A DNA stretch of 64,000 nucleotides. It comes from a virus. Under the pieces are notes generated by a model, which saw only the letters and a program-made list of their open reading frames with translations, did no database searches and was not told the DNA's origin. Shown here one piece after another: positions 40,306 through 50,021 of the stretch. Numbering within the stretch: position 1 is the first letter of the stretch; each line of letters begins with the position of its first letter. Position numbers and translations under genes: made by a program. The stretch is from positions 64,001 to 128,000 of IMG/VR virus record IMGVR_UViG_3300025888_000011; one strand, 5' to 3'.

Positions 40306-41451
40306 TTGAAAAGGAGATATTTATATATGGAAATAGATAGAAGACCACATGGATTTTTTAATACATGGGATAACTTCAAGGGTGAGCTAGATAAATTTAT
40401 AGAAATAAAACAAAGACCACCTACAGTAATGGAGGTTATAAAGGATTTACATATTAATTCATCTTATATAAAGCAATATGGTGGGTTTGCAGAAATAAAA
40501 AGAAAAATGAATTGGAGTGGTGATTGTATAGACTTGTCAGGTTATTATAATGAGAGTTCCTACGAAATGCAAGTAGCGAATGTTTTAATAATGAATAATA
40601 TCCCATATACAAGACAAGATAGACCATTTCCTAATGAAGAAGGCAGATATAAATGTGATTTTGCATTTCACTTAGATAATAGTATTATATATTGTGAAGT
40701 ATGGGGATATTCAAAAGAGAATAAATCCAATTATGGAGCAGGAAAAATATATAATTCAGTAAGAATAAAAAAGGAAAAATTATATAAAAAATATGATATG
40801 CATTTAATATCTGTTGAGCCAAATATATTTTTACTTACATATGAAAAAATGCAGAATGAAATTATAAAATGCTTTTCAGTTTTAAGTGACTATAAGATAA
40901 ACAAGATTGAACAAAGGTATTTAATTCCTTCAAATAAATTATCAGATGAAGAAATATTAAAAGAAATAATGGTTTTTAGTGATAACCCTAATATGCTTCC
41001 CTCAACAAATATTATAAGTAAAGAAAAGTTTGGTTTGTATAGCGAAATTATTAAAAGATATGGTAGTTATTTTAATTTTGCAAAAGCTATGAAAAAGAAC
41101 GTAATGCTAAAAATGAATTATTGGACACTAGATATTATTATGGATAAATATTTTTACATATATGAAAAGCACAATAAAATATTTACAACAAGAGAAATAT
41201 TACAAGAATGCAAGAAAGATGACATTTTAAGAGGGTTAATGCCTGCTTTAAGGGAGTTTGGAGGTGTCGTGGTAGTAAAACTTGAATTCTACAAAAGAAT
41301 GTTATTGAGAAGAATGTTTTTAAATGAAAAAGATATAAAATTAATAACCGAAATATCTCAAGGAAAAAAACACAGAGGAGACGTTGAAATAACTCAGGAA
41401 ATTAAGAATACTGCAAAAGAACTTTTAGAACAAATAAATAAAATGATATAA
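40306..41451 (+). CDS. Free-standing PD-(D/E)XK endonuclease with helical repeats
   Basis: SSYEMQVAN..YKCDF..YCEVWG..KKEKLY; likely start ATG 40327 after AAGGAG. Confidence 0.7.
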   Translation: MKRRYLYMEIDRRPHGFFNTWDNFKGELDKFIEIKQRPPTVMEVIKDLHINSSYIKQYGGFAEIKRKMNWSGDCIDLSGYYNESSYEMQVANVLIMNNIPYTRQDRPFPNEEGRYKCDFAFHLDNSIIYCEVWGYSKENKSNYGAGKIYNSVRIKKEKLYKKYDMHLISVEPNIFLLTYEKMQNEIIKCFSVLSDYKINKIEQRYLIPSNKLSDEEILKEIMVFSDNPNMLPSTNIISKEKFGLYSEIIKRYGSYFNFAKAMKKNVMLKMNYWTLDIIMDKYFYIYEKHNKIFTTREILQECKKDDILRGLMPALREFGGVVVVKLEFYKRMLLRRMFLNEKDIKLITEISQGKKHRGDVEITQEIKNTAKELLEQINKMI

Positions 41452-41504
41452 AAAATTATTCCCATGAATCAATACAATGAGAGAAATGAGGAGGAACTAT
41501 AAAA

Positions 41505-42194
41505 ATGCAAAACAACATATTAAACATTAAACAAATACAATTAAATACACAATATCAGAGTCAAATATTATCACAAAAGACACTTTACAATAATTTAATA
41601 TCACCCACAAGTGAGAGAGACTTTGTGTGGATAGGGCAATACCCAAATGCAAATATATCTGAATATGATTTCAGAACAAGGCAAGAAAACCCCTTTAATG
41701 CCATTTTAAAAGAAAATTTAATAGAATTTGGGATATTAGGTTGTAATTATTATTTTTATTTTACAACATTTGATGGCATGTTTAGGTTAGAAGAGAAAAA
41801 TATTGAATTTTTATATAGATTACATGATAAAAACGGACAAGAAAAGATTTATAAGTTAACAGGGAACAAGAATTCTTACAATGATATTATTACATTTAAA
41901 GACGTAGAATCAACTTTTTCAACAATGGAAAGTCATTCTCATTTAAAAGCCAATATATATCAATATAACTTTGGATATAAAACTAAGTTGGTAACAGAGG
42001 ATGCTACTTTTTGGTTTAAAGTAATATGCACAGTACCAATAACAGGTGAACCAATATTTATTACTATAAGACTCGTATCAGATAATAATCTACAAGGGGA
42101 TTTTATAATAATGAAAAACGGAGAACCTACTGCCATAATAGAAGCACCATTGAGTAAAGATATAGCAAGTGAAATGAAATGGATAGTTGAATAA
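41505..42194 (+). CDS. Conserved hypothetical phage protein
   Basis: FVWIGQY..EYD..YNDIITFKD..QYNFGYK. Confidence 0.6.
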   Translation: MQNNILNIKQIQLNTQYQSQILSQKTLYNNLISPTSERDFVWIGQYPNANISEYDFRTRQENPFNAILKENLIEFGILGCNYYFYFTTFDGMFRLEEKNIEFLYRLHDKNGQEKIYKLTGNKNSYNDIITFKDVESTFSTMESHSHLKANIYQYNFGYKTKLVTEDATFWFKVICTVPITGEPIFITIRLVSDNNLQGDFIIMKNGEPTAIIEAPLSKDIASEMKWIVE

Positions 42195-42214
42195 AATAAA
42201 ATAATATAAAAAGG

Positions 42215-43546
42215 ATGGTGGTGTTTATGCCTAAGTTTTCACCTGAACAAATAGGAAATATGAAAGTGTGGATATCAGCAGACTCATTAAATTTAACAAG
42301 TGGAGCATCTGTCTCTACTTGGCAAGATAAAAGTGGTAATAGCTTAAACTTTCTACAACCAACAGTATCAAGACAACCCATTTTCGTATCTAATGTTCTA
42401 AATGGAAAACCTGTAGTAAGATTTACTGCTTCCACAACACAGACAATGACGTTAGCATATACATTTTCAAATCCTTGCACTATATTTTATGTTGCAAAAC
42501 AAAATGGTGTAACGAATGCAAGATTATTGGCAGGATTATCTAATAATTGGTTGTTAGGGTTTCATAGTGGAGGAAGACAAAGAGCATACTATGAAGGATG
42601 GACTTCTGTCTCAACAGGCAACCCTCTTTCTACAACTATTCCTTATATTTATGGTTGTACAATACAAGGAGGAGCAATCGCTTCAAAGTCTTATGAAAAT
42701 GGAACAATATTTGCAAATAGTACAGCAGGAGTGACTGCACCCAATGGATTTTCATTAAATGGGCATTTATCGTCCTCAGAGTTTTCTGATGGAGATATAG
42801 CAGAATTAATAGTTTATAATTCAGTTTTATCGGATGTTGAGAGACAAAAAGTTGAAACATATTTAGCATATAAATATAACATCTTAGTAGCCACATATGC
42901 TTATCCAAATACAATTGGTGATTTTACAGATGTAGATATTTACCCGTCTAAGACATGGTATCAGTCAACAAATGATGTTAACATCAACGCTAAATTTAAA
43001 CATGTATTGAATAAAAACGTTAAATATAAAGTGAAAGTTAATACCTATGAAAGCATTTATTCTGATTACGTTACTGCTATTAATACAGAATATCCATTTA
43101 GTGTTCAAATTCCCAACAGTAGTTTAAATATAGGTATTAACACTTTAACGCTATACATAAAAGACACAGATGAAATCGAACAAGGATATGATTTTAATAT
43201 TACAAAAGAAGATAGAGACACGTTGTCTTTTATTAGAATAGGTAATTATAAATCAGAATGGAATTCAAATAATAATTTATTGAAAATAACTAGTGACGGA
43301 TTAAGACTTGTGAAAGACGGAGTAGATATAATTACTACAAATGATTATTCTCATATAAATACATTAGGAAAAAGACAAATGAATTCAATAACTGTTGATT
43401 GTACAGATGATTTTGTTGGAAGCATTGATATTATTAATGATTCAACAAAAATTAACTCTTTATCAGATGGGAATATATGGCAGTATAGAATAGATATGAG
43501 TAGGTTTAATAAAATTAATGGATTTATAGTACAAAGAAAAGATTAA
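42215..43546 (+). CDS. Cassette 1 gene A: LamG/concanavalin-like domain plus Ig-like and conserved C-terminus
   Basis: W.SAD..VSTWQDKSGN..NGKPVVRF..GDIAELIVYN..VETYLAYKY. Confidence 0.7.
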   Translation: MVVFMPKFSPEQIGNMKVWISADSLNLTSGASVSTWQDKSGNSLNFLQPTVSRQPIFVSNVLNGKPVVRFTASTTQTMTLAYTFSNPCTIFYVAKQNGVTNARLLAGLSNNWLLGFHSGGRQRAYYEGWTSVSTGNPLSTTIPYIYGCTIQGGAIASKSYENGTIFANSTAGVTAPNGFSLNGHLSSSEFSDGDIAELIVYNSVLSDVERQKVETYLAYKYNILVATYAYPNTIGDFTDVDIYPSKTWYQSTNDVNINAKFKHVLNKNVKYKVKVNTYESIYSDYVTAINTEYPFSVQIPNSSLNIGINTLTLYIKDTDEIEQGYDFNITKEDRDTLSFIRIGNYKSEWNSNNNLLKITSDGLRLVKDGVDIITTNDYSHINTLGKRQMNSITVDCTDDFVGSIDIINDSTKINSLSDGNIWQYRIDMSRFNKINGFIVQRKD

Positions 43547-43562
43547 AGAAAGTTGGTGAAAA

Positions 43563-45320
43563 ATGGCTGGAATTTTTAAACCTTCCTCAGTAGGAAAAGA
43601 AGGAACATGGACTTTAAACGGGGCTGTGGGATACGATGGTTCAACAGGTTATCTTTTATTTAATGGAGTACAAGAAAGTTGGAATACATCACCTAGAGCA
43701 TTTTATTTTTATAATGCAGACCCCACTGTTAATTATATTGATATTACATTAAACCAAAAAAGTAGAATATGGTTCTATCCATCAAATGACTACCCTCATT
43801 ATGTAAATCAATTAAAAATAGATATTTGGGATGGAAGTGCATGGGTTGATACAATGAAAAGGACAATTTCACATACCACATCAGACATTCAATGGGTTAT
43901 TGGGATAGATAGTTTAGAAAAAGGAAGATATAGATTTTCAACGCAAGGACAAACATATTATTATTCTATGCATGCAGAGTGGTATATAGAAACTTTAAAT
44001 AAGGAATATTCTTTTATAAAAGATGATGACAAAATCTATAAAAATAATGGGAGTAGTTGGGTAGAAACTGATTTAGTTGAGCCATTAACTTATAGTAATT
44101 TTGAAACAAGTGGAACTAGTGATTTTACAGGTTTATTTTTATCGAAAAGTAAGGCGATTATATTAATGAAAAAAGAAAAGGTTTTAGATGATGGATATCA
44201 ATTTAGATGTAACTTGAATATAGCTAAATATAAAGGAATCAATAAGTTGATTTTTAGCACAGGAGTTTTTAATTTTGGAACTTACAAAGCTTGGTCTGAT
44301 GGTACATATGCATCTTCGCCTGAAGAATATATAAGAGTTACAGATGGTATTCATCAATACAATGGAGATATTGGGGATGGAATTTATAGGTGTGAATTAA
44401 AAGATGATACTAATTACTTCGGTGCATGGACAATATATCAAACTGCCATAAATTCAGAAGTGGTGGATGTAGCATCAAAATATATAAAGTTAAAATCGAC
44501 TGCATGGTGTGGGTCTTTTCCTGCAATAGTATTTGAGGGGCAATATACATTAACTTTTGAATATAAAGGGAATGGAACATTTAATATTGACAATGATGGG
44601 ACAGATGATAATATGTACAATAAAGAAATAACTGCGAATGCTACTTGGCAAACATATACAGCAACTCAAACACATAGTATTTCGGGAAGTATCATTTTGT
44701 ATTTAAGAAACAACACATCAACGTTAACTGAAATTAAAAATATAACTCTAAAAAGAAAATCTATGATAGTAGATATATATTCTGATATGACAAGAGACCA
44801 AGGTGGATGGGCATTAGTTACTAACACAGGGGCTAAGAATACATTGACAACAATGGCAACATCAAGTGGAACATTAATAAGTCCAACTCAGTCAACAATG
44901 GCTAAGATTTCAGATGGTGCTATTAATATGTTGAGAGGTAGTAATTTAGATAATTCCATTGTAAAGCTCGAAAGACCAAATAATCCTACATTTAAAGACT
45001 ACAATATGTATTTTAGACAAAACACTTTATATACATCTAATTCCCCTAGATATGGCACAGCACAAGATGCAAGTAAAACTTTGTATACATATTATACAAC
45101 ATATAATAACTCAGTAAATAAGATAAATAAATACGGTGCAAATTCAACCAATTATGGTTCGTCACTTTCCACATGGGAGGGTGGTAGTTTTCCTACAGAT
45201 ACTCCGAATGCTTATTATTACATTATGAATTTTTCTACAGAAGCTTCAATTTCTAATAATACCTATGAAGGTAGTAGGTCGGAAAGAGGTACACTAGTAT
45301 GGGTAAAGAAGATTATATAG
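43563..45320 (+). CDS. Cassette 1 gene B: variable N-domain, linker module, fibrinogen-like C-domain with an inserted jelly-roll domain
   Basis: GDGIYR...DIYSDM..GGWALV; C-terminus paralogous to 48234..50006. Confidence 0.6.
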   Translation: MAGIFKPSSVGKEGTWTLNGAVGYDGSTGYLLFNGVQESWNTSPRAFYFYNADPTVNYIDITLNQKSRIWFYPSNDYPHYVNQLKIDIWDGSAWVDTMKRTISHTTSDIQWVIGIDSLEKGRYRFSTQGQTYYYSMHAEWYIETLNKEYSFIKDDDKIYKNNGSSWVETDLVEPLTYSNFETSGTSDFTGLFLSKSKAIILMKKEKVLDDGYQFRCNLNIAKYKGINKLIFSTGVFNFGTYKAWSDGTYASSPEEYIRVTDGIHQYNGDIGDGIYRCELKDDTNYFGAWTIYQTAINSEVVDVASKYIKLKSTAWCGSFPAIVFEGQYTLTFEYKGNGTFNIDNDGTDDNMYNKEITANATWQTYTATQTHSISGSIILYLRNNTSTLTEIKNITLKRKSMIVDIYSDMTRDQGGWALVTNTGAKNTLTTMATSSGTLISPTQSTMAKISDGAINMLRGSNLDNSIVKLERPNNPTFKDYNMYFRQNTLYTSNSPRYGTAQDASKTLYTYYTTYNNSVNKINKYGANSTNYGSSLSTWEGGSFPTDTPNAYYYIMNFSTEASISNNTYEGSRSERGTLVWVKKII

Positions 45321-45345
45321 CAATTTCAAAAGAGGTGACGGTTTT

Positions 45346-46935
45346 ATGGAATATACTTTATTAAAAAATAAATTAGATAACAAAATTTACACCTTTAATG
45401 GAAATAACTTTATTGAAACAAATTTAATAGAGCCATTGACCAAATTAGATTTTGTAAATAATGGAATAATCAATATAGATATTATAACCGAACTACAATG
45501 GAGTGCTTTACCTATAAATGATATCGAGGTTATTGTATGGTCTAATAAAACTACAAATGTATACTTGAGTTTAACATCAAAATCAAGTTTTATAACTATA
45601 GAAACATTTTCCGACCCACAAATTTTAACTTGGGCAAATACTGGAAAAGATATTCAAGTCAAAATTAATGCAGATATAGAAAGTCATATTAAATTAATTA
45701 TATCTAAAGACAATAGATTTAATTGGTATGGATTTGATGGGAATACCTTTTCCCCTGTTAGTTTAAATAATATAGCAACGCAAGGGATGACCAAAACACA
45801 ACTAAATAATATTTCATCAACCCAATGGGATGGATGGTTTGAAAGAGGATATTTGGATTTTGCTATCTATATTTCAACACAAAACCCTTTAGATACACCT
45901 TTAGTAAGAAGTATTATAGTTGATTTTCCTAAAAACTCTGCTCCAGTGGTAAATGATTTTATAATAACTCCCAATGTAATATTTAGAAATAGTATAAACA
46001 TGAGTGCAAATATTAGAGATTTAGAAGGAGACCCTTTTAGGTATCAAGTATTGCTAAATGGTAAAAATAGTGGATGGTCAAATTGGTATGACGGGCTTAT
46101 TGGATGTGCATTATATGAAACATATGAATATACGGAATTTAAATATGGAGAGAATGAAATAATAATAAAGGTTCAAGATGATAGAGGGGTTGAGTATAGT
46201 TCTCCTCCTAAGTTTGTAAAATTAATGAATAATGCACCTATTATTTCTTCTTTTTTATATGATAATTGGAGTTTAAAAGGAGTTATTGTAGATAGTGATG
46301 GAGACGATATAAAATATAGGGTTCTAATAAATGGACTACAAAAATATCCAATTACAAACGACCAAACTAGCACAACGTATACAGAGTGGATTACAACTCC
46401 TTATGACTTACATTACGAATGGAGTCCATATGATTTAATATTTGGTCAAGCAAATAAGATAACAGTAGAAATTCAAGATAAAGTTGGAGAAATTTATAAA
46501 GTAGATATTACAGATGTTGTAGGAAAATATAGAAACATAATGTTCAAAAGTGAAGATGGAAAATATCTTACAAATGACATGGGTGAATTGATTAATTGGG
46601 GAAATAATATTTATAGTTATTTACAATTTGAAGATATTTGCACAGAAGAAACAAGCAAATCAAAAAAAGTAATTATAGAAAATGATTTTGGATATGCAAT
46701 TGATAATGTAAAAGTTTATGTAAACAATAATTTAAACAATGGATATGAGGTTCAATTAAGTAAAGACAATAACTTTATAGAAAACGGGAGTGATACCTTA
46801 GAGGAGTTATTATTTTCGGATGTATTAAACGATAATGATATAAAAGATTTTTATGTTCGTGTAAAAGCAAAAAATGTTATAGAATCTTCAACAAATGAGA
46901 TTTTTGAATTTGATGTAGTATCTAAAAAAGTATAA
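45346..46935 (+). CDS. Cassette 1 gene C: Ig-like structural protein, paralogue of 50022..51626
   Basis: QWDGWFERGYLDFA; N.AP..D.EGD..Y Ig pattern. Confidence 0.6.
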   Translation: MEYTLLKNKLDNKIYTFNGNNFIETNLIEPLTKLDFVNNGIINIDIITELQWSALPINDIEVIVWSNKTTNVYLSLTSKSSFITIETFSDPQILTWANTGKDIQVKINADIESHIKLIISKDNRFNWYGFDGNTFSPVSLNNIATQGMTKTQLNNISSTQWDGWFERGYLDFAIYISTQNPLDTPLVRSIIVDFPKNSAPVVNDFIITPNVIFRNSINMSANIRDLEGDPFRYQVLLNGKNSGWSNWYDGLIGCALYETYEYTEFKYGENEIIIKVQDDRGVEYSSPPKFVKLMNNAPIISSFLYDNWSLKGVIVDSDGDDIKYRVLINGLQKYPITNDQTSTTYTEWITTPYDLHYEWSPYDLIFGQANKITVEIQDKVGEIYKVDITDVVGKYRNIMFKSEDGKYLTNDMGELINWGNNIYSYLQFEDICTEETSKSKKVIIENDFGYAIDNVKVYVNNNLNNGYEVQLSKDNNFIENGSDTLEELLFSDVLNDNDIKDFYVRVKAKNVIESSTNEIFEFDVVSKKV

Positions 46936-46954
46936 AAAGGAAGCAGGTGATTAA

Positions 46955-48217
46955 ATGGCAATCAATAATCCTTATTTTATACGACCAACAATAAATAGTG
47001 GATTCATGCAGTTGCCCAATATATCATTGGGCAATGTTTGGACATTTGAATCATTATTTCTATATCCATTATCTCCAACTCCTGATTGGAATACATTTAT
47101 AAGGGGTAGTGTTTCAGACCATCAAATTATTGTACAAAAAACAAATTTGCACCTAGGCATGTATGATAGTGTTGGAGGAAGTGGGTTTAATGATACAGGG
47201 TTTGTGATGTCCACACTTAGCAATGGATGGCATCATATGGCTTGTGTGGGAGAAAATAATACACAAAAGTATTATATAGATGGGGTTTTGGTAGGTCAGG
47301 TTAATAGACAGTCTAAAAGTGACATAAGAAGTGTTGGTGCTTATTGGGGCAATTCACAAACATGGGGTGATTTTGACGAGGTTAGATTGTGGAATATTGC
47401 TAGAACTCAAACCCAAATAAAAACATATGTAAATAGATGGTTAATTGGTAATGAAACAGGATTGGTCGGGTATTGGAAATGTAATGAGGGTATTGGAGTA
47501 ACAATTAAGGATGAAACTTCGAATAAAAGAAATGGAATATTACAAGGTTCTAATACGTGGGTTATTGGGACATTAAATTTAATAAATAGCGAACTCCATG
47601 ATATAGATATTGTATCAAGTAACGCTTGGTATGAAAATACCTATAATATAAAGTTTAACTTAAATTTAGAAGCAAAGTATGGAGTTGCAATCCAATATAA
47701 AATACTCATAGACGATATTCAGTTTTATCCTGATTCGGGATTTTCATCTTTACTAAATTTGCCCAATAATATAAGTTTTACAATTCCTATATCAAAATTA
47801 AAAATTGGAGATAATCTTGTTGTATTTGAAATAAAAAATGAAACTAGTGTAACATATAGGTTTGGTGAATATAATATTATAAAAGAAAATAAAGACACTA
47901 TAAAAATGCAAAGAAAGTTTTTATATTCCAATGAATGGAGTGTGGAAGATAATATAAAAATAGATAGCAACGGATTAACATTAAAAAAGTACGGTAACAA
48001 TGTTGTTGTAACTACAGATTATACTAGAATCAACACAATAGGCAAAAGAAGATTATTAAATGTATTTATAGATGGAAGTAGTGATATAAAAAAAGAATCA
48101 ACATACACAGATAAAATGATAAATAGACACGAAGTTGCTAATGGATACCAAAGTGAATATAAATTGCAACTTGAAAGATGGACAACTGTTAAAAGCATAG
48201 AAGTTCAATCAATATAG
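46955..48217 (+). CDS. Cassette 2 gene A: LamG (Laminin_G_3) domain plus conserved C-terminus
   Basis: WHHMACV..YYIDG..FDEVRLWNIART..GNETGLVGYW. Confidence 0.75.
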   Translation: MAINNPYFIRPTINSGFMQLPNISLGNVWTFESLFLYPLSPTPDWNTFIRGSVSDHQIIVQKTNLHLGMYDSVGGSGFNDTGFVMSTLSNGWHHMACVGENNTQKYYIDGVLVGQVNRQSKSDIRSVGAYWGNSQTWGDFDEVRLWNIARTQTQIKTYVNRWLIGNETGLVGYWKCNEGIGVTIKDETSNKRNGILQGSNTWVIGTLNLINSELHDIDIVSSNAWYENTYNIKFNLNLEAKYGVAIQYKILIDDIQFYPDSGFSSLLNLPNNISFTIPISKLKIGDNLVVFEIKNETSVTYRFGEYNIIKENKDTIKMQRKFLYSNEWSVEDNIKIDSNGLTLKKYGNNVVVTTDYTRINTIGKRRLLNVFIDGSSDIKKESTYTDKMINRHEVANGYQSEYKLQLERWTTVKSIEVQSI

Positions 48218-48233
48218 AAATGTGGTGAGATAA

Positions 48234-50006
48234 ATGGCAAACGAATGGATATTTACAAGTTGTGGAAACTCAGGAAGATATGGAGTAAGTCAAGCACAAA
48301 TAGATTCATCCTATATTGGGACTAATCTTACAGGAAAAGTTACTAGTCAAAGTGGTATACAAATATGGACTCCTCCATACAATGGACTTTATACAATAGA
48401 AGTATGGGGTGCTAGGTCAGGAACACAACCAGAATATGGTGCAGGTGGATATGGTTTAGGTAGGAAACTAAAAGGGAATTTTATTTTAAAAAACAGTAAG
48501 TCTTTAAAGATTTTAATAGGACAAGTTGGTGGTGATGGTGGAAGTGATTATAGTGCTGGTGGAGGTGGTGGAACTTTCGTAGCTATAATAGACAACACCC
48601 CTCTATGTATTGGTGGAGGAGGAGGAGGTGTAACTTCAGATAGTGCAGGTTCTAATGGTCAAACAACTACAACAACTCCTGCAAACCCAAATGTTGGTCA
48701 AGGTTATACAAACTCTCCCTCTGGTGGTGGAGGTGGTGGATTTTATTCTGATGGTTCGGCATCTTTTACTGATGGCGGAGGAAAAGCATTCATCAATGGT
48801 GGTTATGGTGGAGTTAATGGAGCTTCTTGTGGCTACGGTGGTTTTGGTGGTGGAGGCGGTTCTGTTGATGAAGTTGGTTGTGGTGGTGGTGGATATACTG
48901 GAGGTCGTCCTACAGACTCGCCCCCATCTGAGGGAGGAGGTTCATTTATTGCGACTGATTCTCAAAATGCTGTATGGGATTTAGGTTTAAATTCTGATAA
49001 CGGAAGAGTAATAATAACTCTCTTAAAAGTATTTGAATATAATCTTATACGTTCAGAAGGAAATATATATACTTTTAAAGATAGTGAATGGATAAATTTA
49101 AATATTTCAAGTCCTACTCAAAGTGATTTTGAAAATCAATCAATATCATCATTATCGGAAGTATTTAGTCCAATCACAAAAGCTTTTATGCCAATGGATT
49201 TCGATAAAAACCTTGAAGATGGATTCTTATGGAGAAAAAAGATTGTTCAAAGTAAATATAATGGAATTAAAGTATTAAATTGTGGGGAAGTTGTTGTAGC
49301 TGATTTTGGAACTTACAAGGCTTGGTCTGATGGTACTTTTGCGACACACGCAGGAGAATATTTAAATCCAACAAAATCAAATTATAAATATATTGGAGCT
49401 ATAGGAAGTGGTGTTTATAGAATTCAACCTAGCGAAATAGTTTCACCAATAGATGTATATTGTGATATGAATACTTCAAATGATGAAGGTGGATGGATGC
49501 TAATATTAAATACAGGCGTAAAAGCAACTTTAACTACAATGACTACCTCATTTGGGACATCTCCTATATTGACAACACAAACAACTATGTCAAAATTATC
49601 TGATGCAAATATTAATTTATTGAGAGGAAGCATTTTAGATAAATCAATAATAAGATTGGATAGACCTAATAATCCTGCGTTAAAAAGTTATCCTATTTAT
49701 TTCAGACAAGGTAATCCTTTTACAAGCTATGCAGGGCTTGAAGGAGCACAAGATGGAGCAAAAACAATATATTATTATTATACTACATATAATGATTCTA
49801 AAAATGGAACAAACAGATATGGAGCAAATTCAACAAATTACGGGTCTGCTTTGAGTACGTGGGGAGGAACTTTCCCTGCTACTATGCCTAGTGCTTATTA
49901 TATAATTATGGATTACAGGGCAGAAGGACTTATTTCAAATGATACATATGCATATGAAGGAAGCAGGTCTGAACGATGTGCTTTATTATGGGTAAAAAGG
50001 ATTTAG
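48234..50006 (+). CDS. Cassette 2 gene B: glycine-rich (ALK/LTK-like) domain plus fibrinogen-like C-domain
   Basis: GIQIWTPP..YTIEVWGA..ILIGQ.G..GGGGGTFV; GSGVYRI..VYCDM..GGWML. Confidence 0.7.
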   Translation: MANEWIFTSCGNSGRYGVSQAQIDSSYIGTNLTGKVTSQSGIQIWTPPYNGLYTIEVWGARSGTQPEYGAGGYGLGRKLKGNFILKNSKSLKILIGQVGGDGGSDYSAGGGGGTFVAIIDNTPLCIGGGGGGVTSDSAGSNGQTTTTTPANPNVGQGYTNSPSGGGGGGFYSDGSASFTDGGGKAFINGGYGGVNGASCGYGGFGGGGGSVDEVGCGGGGYTGGRPTDSPPSEGGGSFIATDSQNAVWDLGLNSDNGRVIITLLKVFEYNLIRSEGNIYTFKDSEWINLNISSPTQSDFENQSISSLSEVFSPITKAFMPMDFDKNLEDGFLWRKKIVQSKYNGIKVLNCGEVVVADFGTYKAWSDGTFATHAGEYLNPTKSNYKYIGAIGSGVYRIQPSEIVSPIDVYCDMNTSNDEGGWMLILNTGVKATLTTMTTSFGTSPILTTQTTMSKLSDANINLLRGSILDKSIIRLDRPNNPALKSYPIYFRQGNPFTSYAGLEGAQDGAKTIYYYYTTYNDSKNGTNRYGANSTNYGSALSTWGGTFPATMPSAYYIIMDYRAEGLISNDTYAYEGSRSERCALLWVKRI

Positions 50007-50021
50007 AAAGTTGGTGATTAA

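Noticed and set aside
48643-48984. 113-aa Val-rich alternative-frame ORF
   Set aside because: Frame-shifted reading of GGT glycine repeats in 48234..50006
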